A DNA stretch of 64,000 bases from Escherichia coli (GTDB taxonomy: Bacteria; Pseudomonadota; Gammaproteobacteria; Enterobacterales; Enterobacteriaceae): assembly GCF_013122565.1 (NCBI RefSeq), contig NZ_CP053258.1; one strand, written 5' to 3'. Under the pieces are notes generated by a model. It did no database searches. It was not told where the DNA came from and saw only the letters and a list, made by a program, of their open reading frames with translations. Shown piece after piece: positions 38,711 through 49,889 of this stretch (within the stretch, counting starts at the first letter, position 1; each line of letters starts with the position of its first letter). The position numbers and the translations under genes are program-made.

Positions 38711-39367
38711 TTATTTAATTTTATAAAACGATAACCGTCCACTCTCCGGCGAGCCGGTATCAATATAAACTTGATTGGCAAATGTCTGGATATTGGTAAA
38801 CATCATATGCCCGAAGATAAAACAGTCTGCACCGTTTATTTCTTTTAACTCTCCCTTGAATGATTTCTGCACGCGATCAACAGGCCAGAGTAATTCTCTT
38901 TCTGCTATTTCTTTACCAAACTGATATTCATCACCCGGATAATCCGCATGTGCGATGACATATTTTATTCTGTCGTTAGTGATTTCAATAATATGTGGAA
39001 GGTGATGAAATTTCAGCAACAGATCTATTGCCTCTTGTTGCTCTGAATCATTTAAATCGAAAAACCAGTCACCACCGCTGGCAAGCCACATGTTGCCATC
39101 GCCGGTCGCGAACGCATCCAGCGCCATTGCTTCGTGGTTGCCTTTAACGGAGATAAACCAGGGCTGGTTTAGCAGGCGCAGGACGCTAAGACTCTCCGGC
39201 CCACGATCAATATTATCGCCGACAGAAATAAGTAAGTCGGTTTCGGGGAAAAAAGAGAGTTGATGTAAACGGGATTGTAATAACTGATATTCACCATGAA
39301 TATCACCAACGACCCATATATGGCGATAGTGACGGGCATTGATTTTTTGATAGCGTGTAGATGGCAT
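38711..39367 (-). CDS. pphB: Serine/threonine protein phosphatase 2 (lambda-phosphatase-like)
   Basis: 218 aa; metallophosphatase motifs GDIHG, GDNIDRG, GNHE; adjacent to mutS. Confidence 0.88.
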   Translation of the reverse strand: MPSTRYQKINARHYRHIWVVGDIHGEYQLLQSRLHQLSFFPETDLLISVGDNIDRGPESLSVLRLLNQPWFISVKGNHEAMALDAFATGDGNMWLASGGDWFFDLNDSEQQEAIDLLLKFHHLPHIIEITNDRIKYVIAHADYPGDEYQFGKEIAERELLWPVDRVQKSFKGELKEINGADCFIFGHMMFTNIQTFANQVYIDTGSPESGRLSFYKIK

Positions 39368-39472
39368 GGTTTTACCCTGTAAAATAAGCTTTCCTATTAT
39401 ACAGGGTATTTTTATTTGATTCGTCAGTTGTCGTTAATATTCCCGATAGCAAAAGACTATCGGGAATTGTTA

Positions 39473-42034
39473 TTACACCAGACTCTTCAAGTGATAAATC
39501 CACTCCAGCGCCTGACGCGGGGTCAGTGAATCCGGGTCGAGATTTTCCAGCGCTTCCACCGCGGGCGAGGTTTCTTCCGGCACTGAAAGCAGCGACATCT
39601 GCGTACCATCAACCTGCGTAGCGGCGGCATTCGGCGAAATGCTCTCCAGCTCGCGCAGTTTCTGCCGCGCACGCTTGATCACCTCTTTCGGCACACCCGC
39701 CAGCGCAGCAACCGCCAGGCCGTAGCTTTTGCTCGCCGCGCCGTCCTGCACGCTGTGCATAAAGGCAATGGTATCGCCGTGCTCCAGTGCATCGAGATGC
39801 ACGTTGGCGACGCCTTCCATTTTCTCCGGTAACTGGGTCAGCTCGAAATAGTGGGTAGCAAACAACGTCAACGCTTTAATCTTATTCGCCAGATTTTCCG
39901 CGCACGCCCACGCCAGCGACAGACCATCGTAAGTGGACGTTCCACGCCCAATCTCATCCATCAGCACCAGACTGTACTCGGTGGCGTTATGTAAAATATT
40001 GGCGGTTTCGGTCATTTCCACCATAAAGGTTGAACGGCCGGAAGCCAGATCGTCCGCTGCCCCTACGCGGGTAAAGATGCGATCGATAGGTCCAATCTCG
40101 ACTTTTTGTGCCGGTACATAGCTGCCGATGTAGGCCATCAACGCAATCAGTGCGGTCTGGCGCATATAGGTACTTTTACCGCCCATATTCGGACCGGTAA
40201 TGATCAACATGCGACGCTGCGGCGACAGGTTCAGCGGGTTGGCGATAAACGGCTCATTCAGCACCTGTTCAACCACCGGATGGCGGCCTTCGGTGATGCG
40301 AATACCCGGTTTATCAATAAAGGTCGGGCAGGTGTAGTTCAGGGTATAGGCCCGCTCTGCCAGGTTAACCAGCACATCAAGTTCTGCCAGCGCGCTTGCG
40401 CTCTGTTGCAACGCTTCCAGATGCGGCAACAGCAGGTCGAACAGCTCTTCATAAAGCTGTTTTTCCAGTGCCAGTGCTTTGCCTTTTGAGGTGAGAACTT
40501 TATCTTCGTACTCTTTTAGCTCTGGAATAATGTAGCGTTCGGCGTTTTTCAGCGTCTGGCGGCGCATGTAGTTAATCGGAGCCAGGTGGCTTTGCCCACG
40601 GCTGATCTGAATGTAATAGCCATGCACCGCGTTAAAGCCAACTTTCAGCGTGTCCAGGCCGGTACGTTCACGCTCGCGGATTTCCAGACGCTCCAGATAA
40701 TCGGTCGCGCCGTCAGCCAGCGCGCGCCACTCATCCAGCTCTTCGTTATAGCCCGATGCGATAACACCACCGTCGCGTACCAGCACTGGCGGTGTGTCGA
40801 TGATTGCTCGCTCCAGCAGATCGCGCAGCTCGGCAAACTCGCCCATCTTCTCACGCAGCGCCTGTACCGGTGCACTATCGACGCCTTCCAGTTGCGCACG
40901 AAGTTCCGGCAGTTGCTGGAAAGCGTGACGCATACGGGCCAGATCGCGTGGGCGAGCGGTACGCAACGCCAGACGCGCCAGAATACGTTCCAGGTCGCCG
41001 ACCTGACGCAGTACCGGCTGCAGCTCGGCGGTGAAATCCTGCAATGCGCCAATAGTTTGCTGGCGCTCAAGCAACACGCGGGTATCGCGCACTGGCATAT
41101 GCAGCCAGCGCTTCAGCATACGGCTACCCATCGGCGTTACAGTGCAGTCGAGTACGGAAGCCAGCGTGTTTTCCGCACCACCCGCCAGATTCTGGGTGAT
41201 TTCCAGATTTCGACGCGTCGCGGCATCCATAATGATGCTGTCCTGCTCACGTTCCATGGTGATAGAACGAATATGCGGCAGGGTTGTGCGTTGGGTATCT
41301 TTCGCATACTGCAACAGACAACCGGCAGCACAAAGTCCGCGCGGCGCGTTCTCGACGCCGAAACCAATCAGATCACGAGTACCAAATTGCAGGTTCAACT
41401 GCTGGCGCGCGGTGTCGATTTCAAACTCCCACAGCGGGCGACGGCGCAGACCGCGACGACCTTCAATTAACGACATTTCAGCAAAATCTTCTGCATACAG
41501 CAGTTCCGCCGGATTAGTGCGTTGCAGTTCTGCCGCCATCGTTTCCCGGTCAGCCGGTTCGCTAAGGCGAAAACGACCGGAGCTGATATCCAGCGTCGCG
41601 TAGCCGAAACCTTTACTGTCCTGCCAGATAGCCGCCAACAGGTTGTCCTGACGCTCCTGCAACAGCGCTTCATCACTGATGGTGCCTGGCGTAACGATAC
41701 GCACAACTTTGCGCTCAACCGGACCTTTGCTGGTCGCCGGATCGCCAATTTGTTCGCAGATGGCAACGGACTCGCCCTGATTCACCAGTTTGGCGAGGTA
41801 GTTTTCCACCGCATGGTAGGGGATCCCCGCCATCGGGATCGGCTCGCCCGCTGAAGCGCCGCGTTTGGTCAGTGAAATATCCAGCAGTTGCGACGCGCGT
41901 TTTGCGTCGTCATAAAACAGTTCATAAAAATCACCCATCCGGTAAAACAGCAGGATCTCGGGATGCTGGGCTTTCAGCTTGAGATACTGCTGCATCATGG
42001 GCGTATGGGCGTCGAAATTTTCTATTGCACTCAT
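39473..42034 (-). CDS. mutS: DNA mismatch repair protein MutS
   Basis: 853 aa; Walker [10 protein letters not shown]. Confidence 0.97.
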   Translation of the reverse strand: MSAIENFDAHTPMMQQYLKLKAQHPEILLFYRMGDFYELFYDDAKRASQLLDISLTKRGASAGEPIPMAGIPYHAVENYLAKLVNQGESVAICEQIGDPATSKGPVERKVVRIVTPGTISDEALLQERQDNLLAAIWQDSKGFGYATLDISSGRFRLSEPADRETMAAELQRTNPAELLYAEDFAEMSLIEGRRGLRRRPLWEFEIDTARQQLNLQFGTRDLIGFGVENAPRGLCAAGCLLQYAKDTQRTTLPHIRSITMEREQDSIIMDAATRRNLEITQNLAGGAENTLASVLDCTVTPMGSRMLKRWLHMPVRDTRVLLERQQTIGALQDFTAELQPVLRQVGDLERILARLALRTARPRDLARMRHAFQQLPELRAQLEGVDSAPVQALREKMGEFAELRDLLERAIIDTPPVLVRDGGVIASGYNEELDEWRALADGATDYLERLEIRERERTGLDTLKVGFNAVHGYYIQISRGQSHLAPINYMRRQTLKNAERYIIPELKEYEDKVLTSKGKALALEKQLYEELFDLLLPHLEALQQSASALAELDVLVNLAERAYTLNYTCPTFIDKPGIRITEGRHPVVEQVLNEPFIANPLNLSPQRRMLIITGPNMGGKSTYMRQTALIALMAYIGSYVPAQKVEIGPIDRIFTRVGAADDLASGRSTFMVEMTETANILHNATEYSLVLMDEIGRGTSTYDGLSLAWACAENLANKIKALTLFATHYFELTQLPEKMEGVANVHLDALEHGDTIAFMHSVQDGAASKSYGLAVAALAGVPKEVIKRARQKLRELESISPNAAATQVDGTQMSLLSVPEETSPAVEALENLDPDSLTPRQALEWIYHLKSLV

Positions 42035-42280
42035 GGGGTTATGTCCGGTTCCCTGATATTAAATGGGGTGTGATGGTTTTTATTTTCGTTGTAATCACAT
42101 AAGGCGCACATGATACCGGAGTTAATCATTTCAGGGGAAGAAGCGAACGGCGAGTTCTTGATGCTGGTTCCGGGAAAGATGCTGTTTTGCAGCTTTTGCG
42201 TGATGCTTATGAAGCAAGTACGCAAAATTGTATCGGTTGAATAAACCTCCTCCTTCAGAGCCATAGTCCCCTTTCAAATT

Positions 42281-42303
42281 AAGTTGTAGTATAAATACAC
42301 CTT
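42281..42303 (+). promoter_or_regulatory. Candidate NsrR-type operator upstream of ygbA
   Basis: aagttgtagtataaatacacctt, an imperfect AT-rich inverted repeat about 20 bp upstream of ygbA; the match to the NsrR consensus is approximate and from memory. Confidence 0.3.
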
Positions 42304-42320
42304 AAGAGTATGGAGGCAGT

Positions 42321-42674
42321 ATGTCCGGCAAGCGTATCTCTCGTGAAAAACTGACGATTAAAAAAATGATCGATCTTTATCAAGCGAAATGCCCGCAGGC
42401 GTCAGCGGAGCCGGAGCATTACGAGGCGTTGTTTGTTTACGCGCAAAAGCGGCTGGATAAATGTGTGTTCGGCGAACAGAAACCAGCCTGTAAGCAGTGT
42501 CCGGTGCACTGTTACCAGCCTGCAAAGCGTGAAGAGATGAAACAGATTATGCGTTGGGCCGGGCCGAGAATGCTGTGGCGTCATCCGATCTTAACCGTGC
42601 GTCATCTCATTGATGACAAGCGTCCGGTGCCAGAACTGCCGGAAAAATATCGTCCGAAAAAACCTCGTGAATAG
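42321..42674 (+). CDS. ygbA: Nitrous oxide-stimulated promoter family protein YgbA
   Basis: 117 aa, Cys-rich (CPQ...CKQCPVHC); conserved neighbour of mutS and fhlA. Confidence 0.85.
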   Translation: MSGKRISREKLTIKKMIDLYQAKCPQASAEPEHYEALFVYAQKRLDKCVFGEQKPACKQCPVHCYQPAKREEMKQIMRWAGPRMLWRHPILTVRHLIDDKRPVPELPEKYRPKKPRE

Positions 42675-42710
42675 TATGCCGGACAGGCAGATCTGTCCGG
42701 CAATTTGCAG

Positions 42711-44789
42711 TTAAATCAATGCCGATTTATCAATTCCAAGCCGCTTCATCCGTGACAGCAGGGTCGTGCGTTTCAGCCCCAGACGTTGCGCAGCGCCTTT
42801 AGGCCCGGCAACCACGCCATTAGTTTCTTTCAGCACGCGCACAATCAACTGATATTCATCTTCGCCCTCCTGAGCGACAACCGTTGCGGCAGGCGGCGTT
42901 TCAGGTTCCGGTAAAGCAATATCTGGCAATGACAGCTGCAGCACGTTACCGCGTGTTAGCAATACCGCGCGCTCAATGACGTTTTCCAGTTCGCGTACGT
43001 TACCCGGCCACTCCATGTTGCTCAAGGTGCGCAGCGTCTCGGCAGGAATGCTGTCGATATTGCGCCCCAGACGACGGGCAATTTTGAAGGTAAAGGCTTT
43101 CGCCAGCAGAGGAATATCTTCCGGACGCTCGCGTAGTGGCGGCAGGTGAATCGGGAATACGTTCAGGCGGTAATAGAGATCGCTACGGAACTCACGGTCG
43201 GCGACCATTTTTTTCAGATCGCGGTTAGTCGCGGCGATTAGACGCACGTCCGTCTGAATGATTTTGTTGCTGCCGAGACGTTCAAACTCCTGTTCCTGTA
43301 ATACACGCAGCAACTTCGGCTGTAACTCCAGTGGCATATCGCCCACTTCGTCGAGGAACAGGGAGCTTTTATCCGCCAGTTCAAAACGACCAATGCGCTG
43401 GGCGCTGGCACCGGTAAAAGCTCCGCGTTCATGACCAAACAGATCGCTTTCCAGCAATCCGGCAGGCATTGCCGCGCAGTTCATTTTGACCATGCGGCGA
43501 GTATTACGTCCACTGAGATTATGGATAGCGCGGGCAATCAGCTCTTTACCCGTGCCAGTTTCACCGAGGATCAGCACGGTACTGTCACTTTGCGCCACCA
43601 TTTCAACTTGTTTAAGCACGCTGTACATGGCTTCGCTGCGGCCAATAATCTCGCCAAATTCACTATCAACATTGTTGAGCTGCTCGGTCAGGGCGAGGTT
43701 TTCATCAACCAGCCGTTCTTTCAGACGATGGATTTCCTGATAGGCGAGGGCGTTATCGACAGCGATTGCCACACGTTCGGCAATCTGGCGCAGTAAATTC
43801 AGATTGGTAGTGGTAAATACTTTCTCTTCGCATTGCGCCAGTTTCAGCACGCCCAGCATGGTGTCGCCAGACATCAGCGGTAACAGGCACAAGGTTTGAA
43901 TCTGGTTGCCCCAGGTGTCGAACAACATACGTTCATAGGGGGCTAAATCGTCCCGCTCGTGGAGATTGATCAGCAGCATCTCTTTACTTTTGAACACGCG
44001 TTCGGTGAGGGTTCCGGCTTCATCGACTTCACTCTGTTCGTGGGCGGGATGCTGTTTATCAAGATAGTGAGTGGAGTAGATGTTGAGTTTGTTTTTACGG
44101 TGGCTGCGTAAGACGATACTGATATCGTCAATATCGAAATAGTAATGGATTTCTTTGGCGACTTCGCTGACCAGTTCGTCCATATCCAGGCGGGAAAGCA
44201 CCGCGTTGGTGATGGCGACCAGGATGCGGAAGTTATCGCGTTCCCGGCATAACAACTCATAGTCAACATTGTTAACGACGCGACTCTGGATTTGTTCGGT
44301 GACGACAGAAACGATCTGCGTAAATGTTTGCAGACGATTGAACTCTTTTTCGCTCCAGGGGCGATCGTCATAACGAATAAATTCACAGCCACCAAAAATA
44401 TGCCCTTCTGCCGCCAGTGGCATCAGGCAATAGTGACCAAATTTTGGGTATAGCCCACCTGCGGCCAGCTGCGGCCAGGTTTCACAAAATTCTTCGTAAC
44501 TGCAATGCAGCGTATCAGGGCGCGACAAAATGCTGCGTACCGGACCGTGTGCCAGAACAGTTTCGTCTTCATATTTAATGGGGGTGTCTTTTTCACGCGA
44601 CGCGTAATAAGACGCACGTTGAGTCTGCGCTTGCCACAACACGATAGCCGCGTTGTCGGCGAGCGCAGAACGCTTTACCAGTTGCGAAAGAGCCTCACAC
44701 AGCGAGGCCAGATCGGGCTGCTGCAATAGTGTCCGAGTGATGTCGAACAACCCTTGCTGTCCGAGATCACTCATCGGTGTATATGACAT
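42711..44789 (-). CDS. fhlA: Formate hydrogenlyase transcriptional activator (sigma-54 enhancer-binding protein)
   Basis: ORF track 42711..44825; start at MSYTPMSDLGQQG gives 692 aa; GAF domains, AAA+ sigma-54 interaction module (GETGTGKE, GAFTGA), C-terminal HTH. Confidence 0.95.
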   Translation of the reverse strand: MSYTPMSDLGQQGLFDITRTLLQQPDLASLCEALSQLVKRSALADNAAIVLWQAQTQRASYYASREKDTPIKYEDETVLAHGPVRSILSRPDTLHCSYEEFCETWPQLAAGGLYPKFGHYCLMPLAAEGHIFGGCEFIRYDDRPWSEKEFNRLQTFTQIVSVVTEQIQSRVVNNVDYELLCRERDNFRILVAITNAVLSRLDMDELVSEVAKEIHYYFDIDDISIVLRSHRKNKLNIYSTHYLDKQHPAHEQSEVDEAGTLTERVFKSKEMLLINLHERDDLAPYERMLFDTWGNQIQTLCLLPLMSGDTMLGVLKLAQCEEKVFTTTNLNLLRQIAERVAIAVDNALAYQEIHRLKERLVDENLALTEQLNNVDSEFGEIIGRSEAMYSVLKQVEMVAQSDSTVLILGETGTGKELIARAIHNLSGRNTRRMVKMNCAAMPAGLLESDLFGHERGAFTGASAQRIGRFELADKSSLFLDEVGDMPLELQPKLLRVLQEQEFERLGSNKIIQTDVRLIAATNRDLKKMVADREFRSDLYYRLNVFPIHLPPLRERPEDIPLLAKAFTFKIARRLGRNIDSIPAETLRTLSNMEWPGNVRELENVIERAVLLTRGNVLQLSLPDIALPEPETPPAATVVAQEGEDEYQLIVRVLKETNGVVAGPKGAAQRLGLKRTTLLSRMKRLGIDKSALI

Positions 44790-44862
44790 TTTGTTCTTCC
44801 AGGAAAGCACCGCAAAGCGGTGCAAAAGGTCATTGACTAACTATAGGAGATTTAGAATTTTA

Positions 44863-45873
44863 TTAGCATATACGCGGAAGCGGTTCGGCGTGTGGTAAAT
44901 CGAGGGTTCGTTTCACGCCATACAGACCGGCAAGACGAACACCTTTACGTTCCACCACTTCACCAATCAGCGCCGCGTCTTTCCCCAGTGGATGGGAATG
45001 TAACGCTGCCAAAACTTGCTCTGCCGCGTTGCGTTCAACGGCGATCACCAGTTTGCCTTCATTGGCAAAGTTAAGGGCGTCCAGTCCCAGTAGTTCGCAA
45101 ACGCCGCGCACAGCAGGTTTAACCGGCAGTGCCGCTTCTGAAAGTTCAATACCGCAACCGCAGGCTGCCGCGAACTCATGAACCACCGCGTTTACACCAC
45201 CACGGGTGGCATCACGCAGCGCTTTCACGCCGGGAATGTCACGCAGCGTCTGAATAAGCGGCGTCAGCACCGCGCAGTCGCTGACCAGTTCGCCATCCAG
45301 CCCCAGTTGCTCACGCAGGTTAAGGATAGTCGCCCCGTGGTCGCCGAGTGTACCGCTCACCAGCAACACATCGCCTGCACTTAACGTTTGTGCGCCCCAG
45401 TGAATATTCGCCGGAATTGCGCCCATGCCAGCGGTGTTGATAAACAGTTTATCTGCCGCGCCGCGCTGCACCACTTTAGTATCGCCAGTAACGATGGCAA
45501 TGCCTGCCGTGCGGGCGGTTTCTGCCATGCTGGTCACTACGGCTTTCAGTGTCTCCATCGGCAATCCTTCTTCGAGGATAAAGCCACAGGAGAGATAGCG
45601 CGGAATAGCGCCACTGACCGCAACGTCATTGGCGGTGCCGCAAATCGCCAGCTTGCCGATATTACCGCCAGGGAAGAACAGCGGGTCAATAACGTAACTG
45701 TCGGTGGAGAACGCCAGACGGTCGCCTTCCGCTACCAGTTGCGCCAGATCAAGACGTGCCTGATCTTCCTGCTCTGCCAGCCACGGGTTGGTAAAGGCTT
45801 CCATAAACAGGCTGTTGATTAATTGCTGCATCGCCTGGCCGCCGCTGCCGTGGGCGAGTTGGATATTATTCAC
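44863..45873 (-). CDS. hypE: Hydrogenase maturation carbamoyl dehydratase HypE
   Basis: 336 aa; C-terminal PRIC motif. Confidence 0.95.
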   Translation of the reverse strand: MNNIQLAHGSGGQAMQQLINSLFMEAFTNPWLAEQEDQARLDLAQLVAEGDRLAFSTDSYVIDPLFFPGGNIGKLAICGTANDVAVSGAIPRYLSCGFILEEGLPMETLKAVVTSMAETARTAGIAIVTGDTKVVQRGAADKLFINTAGMGAIPANIHWGAQTLSAGDVLLVSGTLGDHGATILNLREQLGLDGELVSDCAVLTPLIQTLRDIPGVKALRDATRGGVNAVVHEFAAACGCGIELSEAALPVKPAVRGVCELLGLDALNFANEGKLVIAVERNAAEQVLAALHSHPLGKDAALIGEVVERKGVRLAGLYGVKRTLDLPHAEPLPRIC

Positions 45874-46991
45874 GCTTCACTCTCCTGCTGACGATACTGA
45901 TACCACGCGGCGCACGCTCCTTCGGAGGAAACCATCAGCGCACCAAACGCGGTTTGAGGATTACAGGTGTTACCAAACAGCGGGCATTGATGCGGCTTAC
46001 ATTTGCCCGTCAAGACTTCGCCACAACGCGCGCGCGGGTCATCGCAGACCTGCTGCGGTGCCGGGCGGAAATGTGCTTCGGCATCGAATCGTTGATAATC
46101 CGGCGTCAGGTGCACGCCAGAAGATTCAATCACGCCTAAGCCGCGCCATTCGCTGTCGCCGTTGACACAGAACACATCGGCAATCGCCTGTTGCGCCAGC
46201 AGGTTACCGGCATCCGGTACCACCCGACGATACTGATTCTCTACCTTGCTGTGGGCCGCTATTTTCTGCTCCACCAGCATCACCACGCCTTGCAGTAGAT
46301 CAAGGGGTTCGAAACCAGCGACCACCAGCGGACGATGAAAATCGCTGGCGATAAAATTATAGGCATCAGTGCCGATAACCATACTAACGTGGCCCGGCGC
46401 GAGGAACGCGTCGATACCGTTATCCGGCTGTTCCAGCAAACTGCGCAGCGTCGGGATAAGCGTAATATGCTGGCAGAAGAAGTAAAAATTCTGCACATCG
46501 CGGGCTTTCGCCTGTTGCAGGGTGATGGCGGTGGTCGGCATGGTGGTTTCAAAACCTAAGCCGAAGAACACCACTTTGCGGGTTGGATTCTCCTGCGCCA
46601 GTTTCAACGCATCCATCGGCGAGTAAACGATGCGCACATCGGCACCGCGTGCTTTTGCCTGCAACAGCGATCCCTGTTTCCCCGGCACGCGCATGGCGTC
46701 GCCAAAGGTACAGAAGATGACTTCCGGATGGCTGGCAATCTCCACGCAGGTGTCGATTCTGCCCATCGGCAGTACGCACACCGGGCAACCCGGACCGTGG
46801 ATAAACTCAACGTTTTCAGGCAGTAACTGGTCGAGGCCGAATTTAAAAATGGCGTGGGTATGACCGCCGCACACTTCCATAATCCGCAGAGGGCGTTCGG
46901 CGGTGTAAGAGAGATGTGAAGCACGTTCGCGCAGATGCTCAATTAACTGCATCACCTGTTCCGGCGCGCGATATTCATCAACAAAACGCAT
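45870..46991 (-). CDS. hypD: Hydrogenase maturation factor HypD
   Basis: 373 aa; Fe-S Cys motifs (CGGHTH, GPGCPVC). Confidence 0.95.
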   Translation of the reverse strand: MRFVDEYRAPEQVMQLIEHLRERASHLSYTAERPLRIMEVCGGHTHAIFKFGLDQLLPENVEFIHGPGCPVCVLPMGRIDTCVEIASHPEVIFCTFGDAMRVPGKQGSLLQAKARGADVRIVYSPMDALKLAQENPTRKVVFFGLGFETTMPTTAITLQQAKARDVQNFYFFCQHITLIPTLRSLLEQPDNGIDAFLAPGHVSMVIGTDAYNFIASDFHRPLVVAGFEPLDLLQGVVMLVEQKIAAHSKVENQYRRVVPDAGNLLAQQAIADVFCVNGDSEWRGLGVIESSGVHLTPDYQRFDAEAHFRPAPQQVCDDPRARCGEVLTGKCKPHQCPLFGNTCNPQTAFGALMVSSEGACAAWYQYRQQESEA

Positions 46992-47263
46992 TATTTTTCC
47001 TCGCCATACAACAGCGCGCCGACATCCGGCTCAACGTCAAACATGTTTTGTAAGGCGTCGAGAGTGTCGCGTGCTTCGGCTTCATTAATTACGCTCATGG
47101 CAAAGCCAACGTGAACCAGTACCCACTGGCCCACGCGCGGCTGACCGTTTTCATCGCAGCTGCCGACTAACGTTAAATCGACATCGCGCTGAATGCCGCA
47201 GACGTCGACTTTTGCCTGGTTGCCGTCAATGGTGCGGATCTGGCCGGGAACGCCTATGCACAT
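46991..47263 (-). CDS. hypC: Hydrogenase maturation factor HypC
   Basis: ORF track 46991..47290; start at MCIGVPGQI (conserved Met-Cys N-terminus) gives 90 aa. Confidence 0.92.
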   Translation of the reverse strand: MCIGVPGQIRTIDGNQAKVDVCGIQRDVDLTLVGSCDENGQPRVGQWVLVHVGFAMSVINEAEARDTLDALQNMFDVEPDVGALLYGEEK

Positions 47264-48126
47264 CGCTGTGTCTCCAGCCAGTTCAGCCACTGGTCCATCC
47301 CTTCGCCGCTGGTGGCGGAAATAAGGATGATTTCAATTTCTGGATTGACTTCGCGGGCGCAGGCGATGCACTTCTCAACGTCAAAGTTGAGATACGGCAA
47401 AAGGTCAACTTTGTTGAGCAGCATCAGCGAGGCGGCGGCAAACATATGCGGATATTTCAGCGGTTTGTCTTCACCTTCGGTAACGGAAAGCACCGCTACT
47501 TTGTGTTTTTCACCGAGATCGAAGCTGGCCGGGCATACGAGGTTGCCAACGTTTTCGATAAACAGAATACCGTTATCGTCCAGTGGCAGACGCGGTGCGG
47601 CGTCGGCAATCATCTGTGCGTCAAGATGGCAGCCTTTACCGGTGTTCACCTGAATCGCTGGTGTACCGGTAGCGCGAATGCGTGCGGCATCGTTCACGGT
47701 TTGCTGGTCGCCTTCAATAACTGCGCACGGAACGCTGTCTTTCAGGCGCATTAAGGTTTCCGTCAGCAGGGTGGTTTTACCGGAACCAGGGCTGGAAACC
47801 AGGTTGAGCACCAGTTGCTTGCGGGCAGCAAAGCGCGCGCGGTTGCGTTCAGCCAGACGGTTATTTTTGTCCAGCACGTCAATTTCGACTTCCAGCATCC
47901 GACGCTGGCTCATGCCCGGCGCGTGAGTGCCCGCTTCGCCATGACCGTAATGCAGGTCGCCTTCTTCAGTCTGGCTGGGGGTAAATTCAGGCGCTTTAAT
48001 ACCGGTGATTTTCATCTTCGGGCGTGCCGCCGGGGCAAATGGCGCGCTACGAAACGCGGAATGAGGGTTATGTTCATCACCCTCGATATACAGGTTGCCT
48101 TCACCGCAACCGCATGTTGTACACAT
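47254..48126 (-). CDS. hypB: Hydrogenase nickel-incorporation GTPase HypB
   Basis: 290 aa; N-terminal CxxCGC metal site, His-rich stretch, GTPase P-loop GSGKTT. Confidence 0.95.
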   Translation of the reverse strand: MCTTCGCGEGNLYIEGDEHNPHSAFRSAPFAPAARPKMKITGIKAPEFTPSQTEEGDLHYGHGEAGTHAPGMSQRRMLEVEIDVLDKNNRLAERNRARFAARKQLVLNLVSSPGSGKTTLLTETLMRLKDSVPCAVIEGDQQTVNDAARIRATGTPAIQVNTGKGCHLDAQMIADAAPRLPLDDNGILFIENVGNLVCPASFDLGEKHKVAVLSVTEGEDKPLKYPHMFAAASLMLLNKVDLLPYLNFDVEKCIACAREVNPEIEIILISATSGEGMDQWLNWLETQRCA

Positions 48127-48129
48127 CGC

Positions 48130-48480
48130 TCACTCCTGGTCTATTTCTATCCGCCGAATCTGTAAACCGTCGTCTGCCACAATCTGTAGCATGTCACCAT
48201 GACACTGTGGACAGCGGCGGACGCGCTGGGTCAGTAGCGTCACATACTGTTGGCATGTTTCACACCAGCATTCGGCCTCTTGTTCTTCGAGGTGCAGTTT
48301 ACAACCTTCCGCCACGCTGCCGCGGCAAACCAGATCAAAACAAAAGGCAAGAGAGCTGGTTTCGACACAAGAAAATGCGCCAATTTTGAGCCAGACCCCA
48401 GTTACGCGTTTTGCGCCGTGTTTTGCGGCCTGCTGTTCGATCAATTCCAGTGCCCGTTGGCAGAGGGTTATTTCGTGCAT
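48130..48480 (-). CDS. hypA: Hydrogenase nickel-incorporation protein HypA
   Basis: ORF track 48130..48492; start at MHEITLCQ gives 116 aa; zinc-finger CxxC pairs. Confidence 0.93.
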   Translation of the reverse strand: MHEITLCQRALELIEQQAAKHGAKRVTGVWLKIGAFSCVETSSLAFCFDLVCRGSVAEGCKLHLEEQEAECWCETCQQYVTLLTQRVRRCPQCHGDMLQIVADDGLQIRRIEIDQE

Positions 48481-48510
48481 ATCGCCTCCCATTAACTATT
48501 GCCAGCTACA

Positions 48511-48526
48511 AGCAATAATTGTGCCA
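48511..48526 (-). promoter_or_regulatory. Candidate sigma-54 promoter (-24/-12) for the hyp operon
   Basis: Minus strand reads TGGCAC-AATTA-TTGC, with GG and GC at consensus spacing, about 30 bp upstream of hypA. Confidence 0.55.
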
Positions 48527-48639
48527 GTGTTGATTATCCCTGCGGTGAATAATGTCGATGATGTCGAAATGACACGTCGACACGGCGACGAAATTCATCT
48601 TTAGCTTAAAAATCTCTTTAATAACAATAAATTGAAAGT

Positions 48640-48655
48640 TGGCACAAAAAATGCT
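48640..48655 (+). promoter_or_regulatory. Candidate sigma-54 promoter (-24/-12) for the hyc operon
   Basis: TGGCAC-AAAAA-ATGCT about 40 bp upstream of hycA; the FhlA-dependent hyc promoter is known to be sigma-54 type. Confidence 0.55.
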
Positions 48656-48691
48656 TAAAGCAGGCATCTCTGTTAAACGGGTAACCTGACA

Positions 48692-49153
48692 ATGACTATT
48701 TGGGAAATAAGCGAGAAAGCCGATTACATCGCACAGCGGCATCGTCGCCTACAGGACCAGTGGCACATCTACTGCAATTCGCTGGTTCAGGGGATCACGT
48801 TATCGAAAGCGCGCCTGCATCACGCCATGAGCTGCGCGCCGGACAAAGAACTCTGTTTCGTCCTTTTTGAACATTTTCGTATTTACGTCACCCTGGCGGA
48901 TGGCTTTAACAGCCACACCATCGAGTATTACGTCGAAACAAAAGATGGCGAAGACAAACAGCGGATTGCGCAGGCGCAACTGAGCATTGACGGCATGATT
49001 GATGGCAAGGTCAACATCCGCGATCGCGAACAGGTTCTGGAACACTATCTCGAAAAAATCGCTGGCGTTTACGACAGCTTATACACCGCTATTGAAAACA
49101 ATGTGCCGGTGAATTTAAGCCAACTGGTAAAGGGACAAAGCCCGGCAGCATGA
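48692..49153 (+). CDS. hycA: Formate hydrogenlyase regulatory protein HycA
   Basis: 153 aa; first gene of the hyc operon, divergent from hypA. Confidence 0.92.
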   Translation: MTIWEISEKADYIAQRHRRLQDQWHIYCNSLVQGITLSKARLHHAMSCAPDKELCFVLFEHFRIYVTLADGFNSHTIEYYVETKDGEDKQRIAQAQLSIDGMIDGKVNIRDREQVLEHYLEKIAGVYDSLYTAIENNVPVNLSQLVKGQSPAA

Positions 49154-49277
49154 GCTGAGGCTTTGCCCGTTTTGCAGGCGTTACGCCTGTTTGGGGATGG
49201 GCGTGTCGATGAGTGTCGAAAATGACATTTCATCAGCATGTTTTCGTCAAAAATGACAATCACCTGAGGAATGCCTG

Positions 49278-49889
49278 GTGAATCGTTTTGTAATTGCTGA
49301 CTCCACGCTCTGTATCGGCTGCCACACTTGTGAGGCCGCCTGTTCAGAGACGCATCGCCAGCACGGCCTGCAATCAATGCCGCGCCTGAGAGTGATGCTA
49401 AATGAAAAAGAATCTGCGCCGCAGCTCTGTCACCACTGTGAAGATGCACCCTGCGCAGTGGTCTGCCCGGTTAACGCCATCACCCGCGTTGATGGGGCCG
49501 TGCAGTTGAATGAAAGTCTGTGCGTAAGCTGCAAACTGTGCGGCATCGCCTGCCCGTTTGGCGCAATCGAATTTTCCGGCAGCCGTCCGCTGGATATTCC
49601 GGCAAACGCCAATACCCCAAAAGCGCCACCGGCACCGCCTGCTCCGGCGCGTGTCAGCACATTGCTTGACTGGGTGCCAGGTATTCGCGCGATCGCCGTC
49701 AAATGTGACCTTTGTAGCTTTGATGAACAAGGTCCGGCCTGCGTGCGGATGTGCCCGACCAAAGCCCTGCATCTGGTGGATAACACCGATATCGCCCGCG
49801 TCAGCAAACGTAAGCGTGAGCTGACCTTTAACACGGACTTTGGCGATCTCACCTTGTTTCAGCAGGCTCAAAGTGGAGAGGCTAAATGA
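49278..49889 (+). CDS. hycB: Formate hydrogenlyase subunit 2 (4Fe-4S ferredoxin)
   Basis: 203 aa; several CxxCxxCxxxCP motifs. Confidence 0.95.
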   Translation: MNRFVIADSTLCIGCHTCEAACSETHRQHGLQSMPRLRVMLNEKESAPQLCHHCEDAPCAVVCPVNAITRVDGAVQLNESLCVSCKLCGIACPFGAIEFSGSRPLDIPANANTPKAPPAPPAPARVSTLLDWVPGIRAIAVKCDLCSFDEQGPACVRMCPTKALHLVDNTDIARVSKRKRELTFNTDFGDLTLFQQAQSGEAK

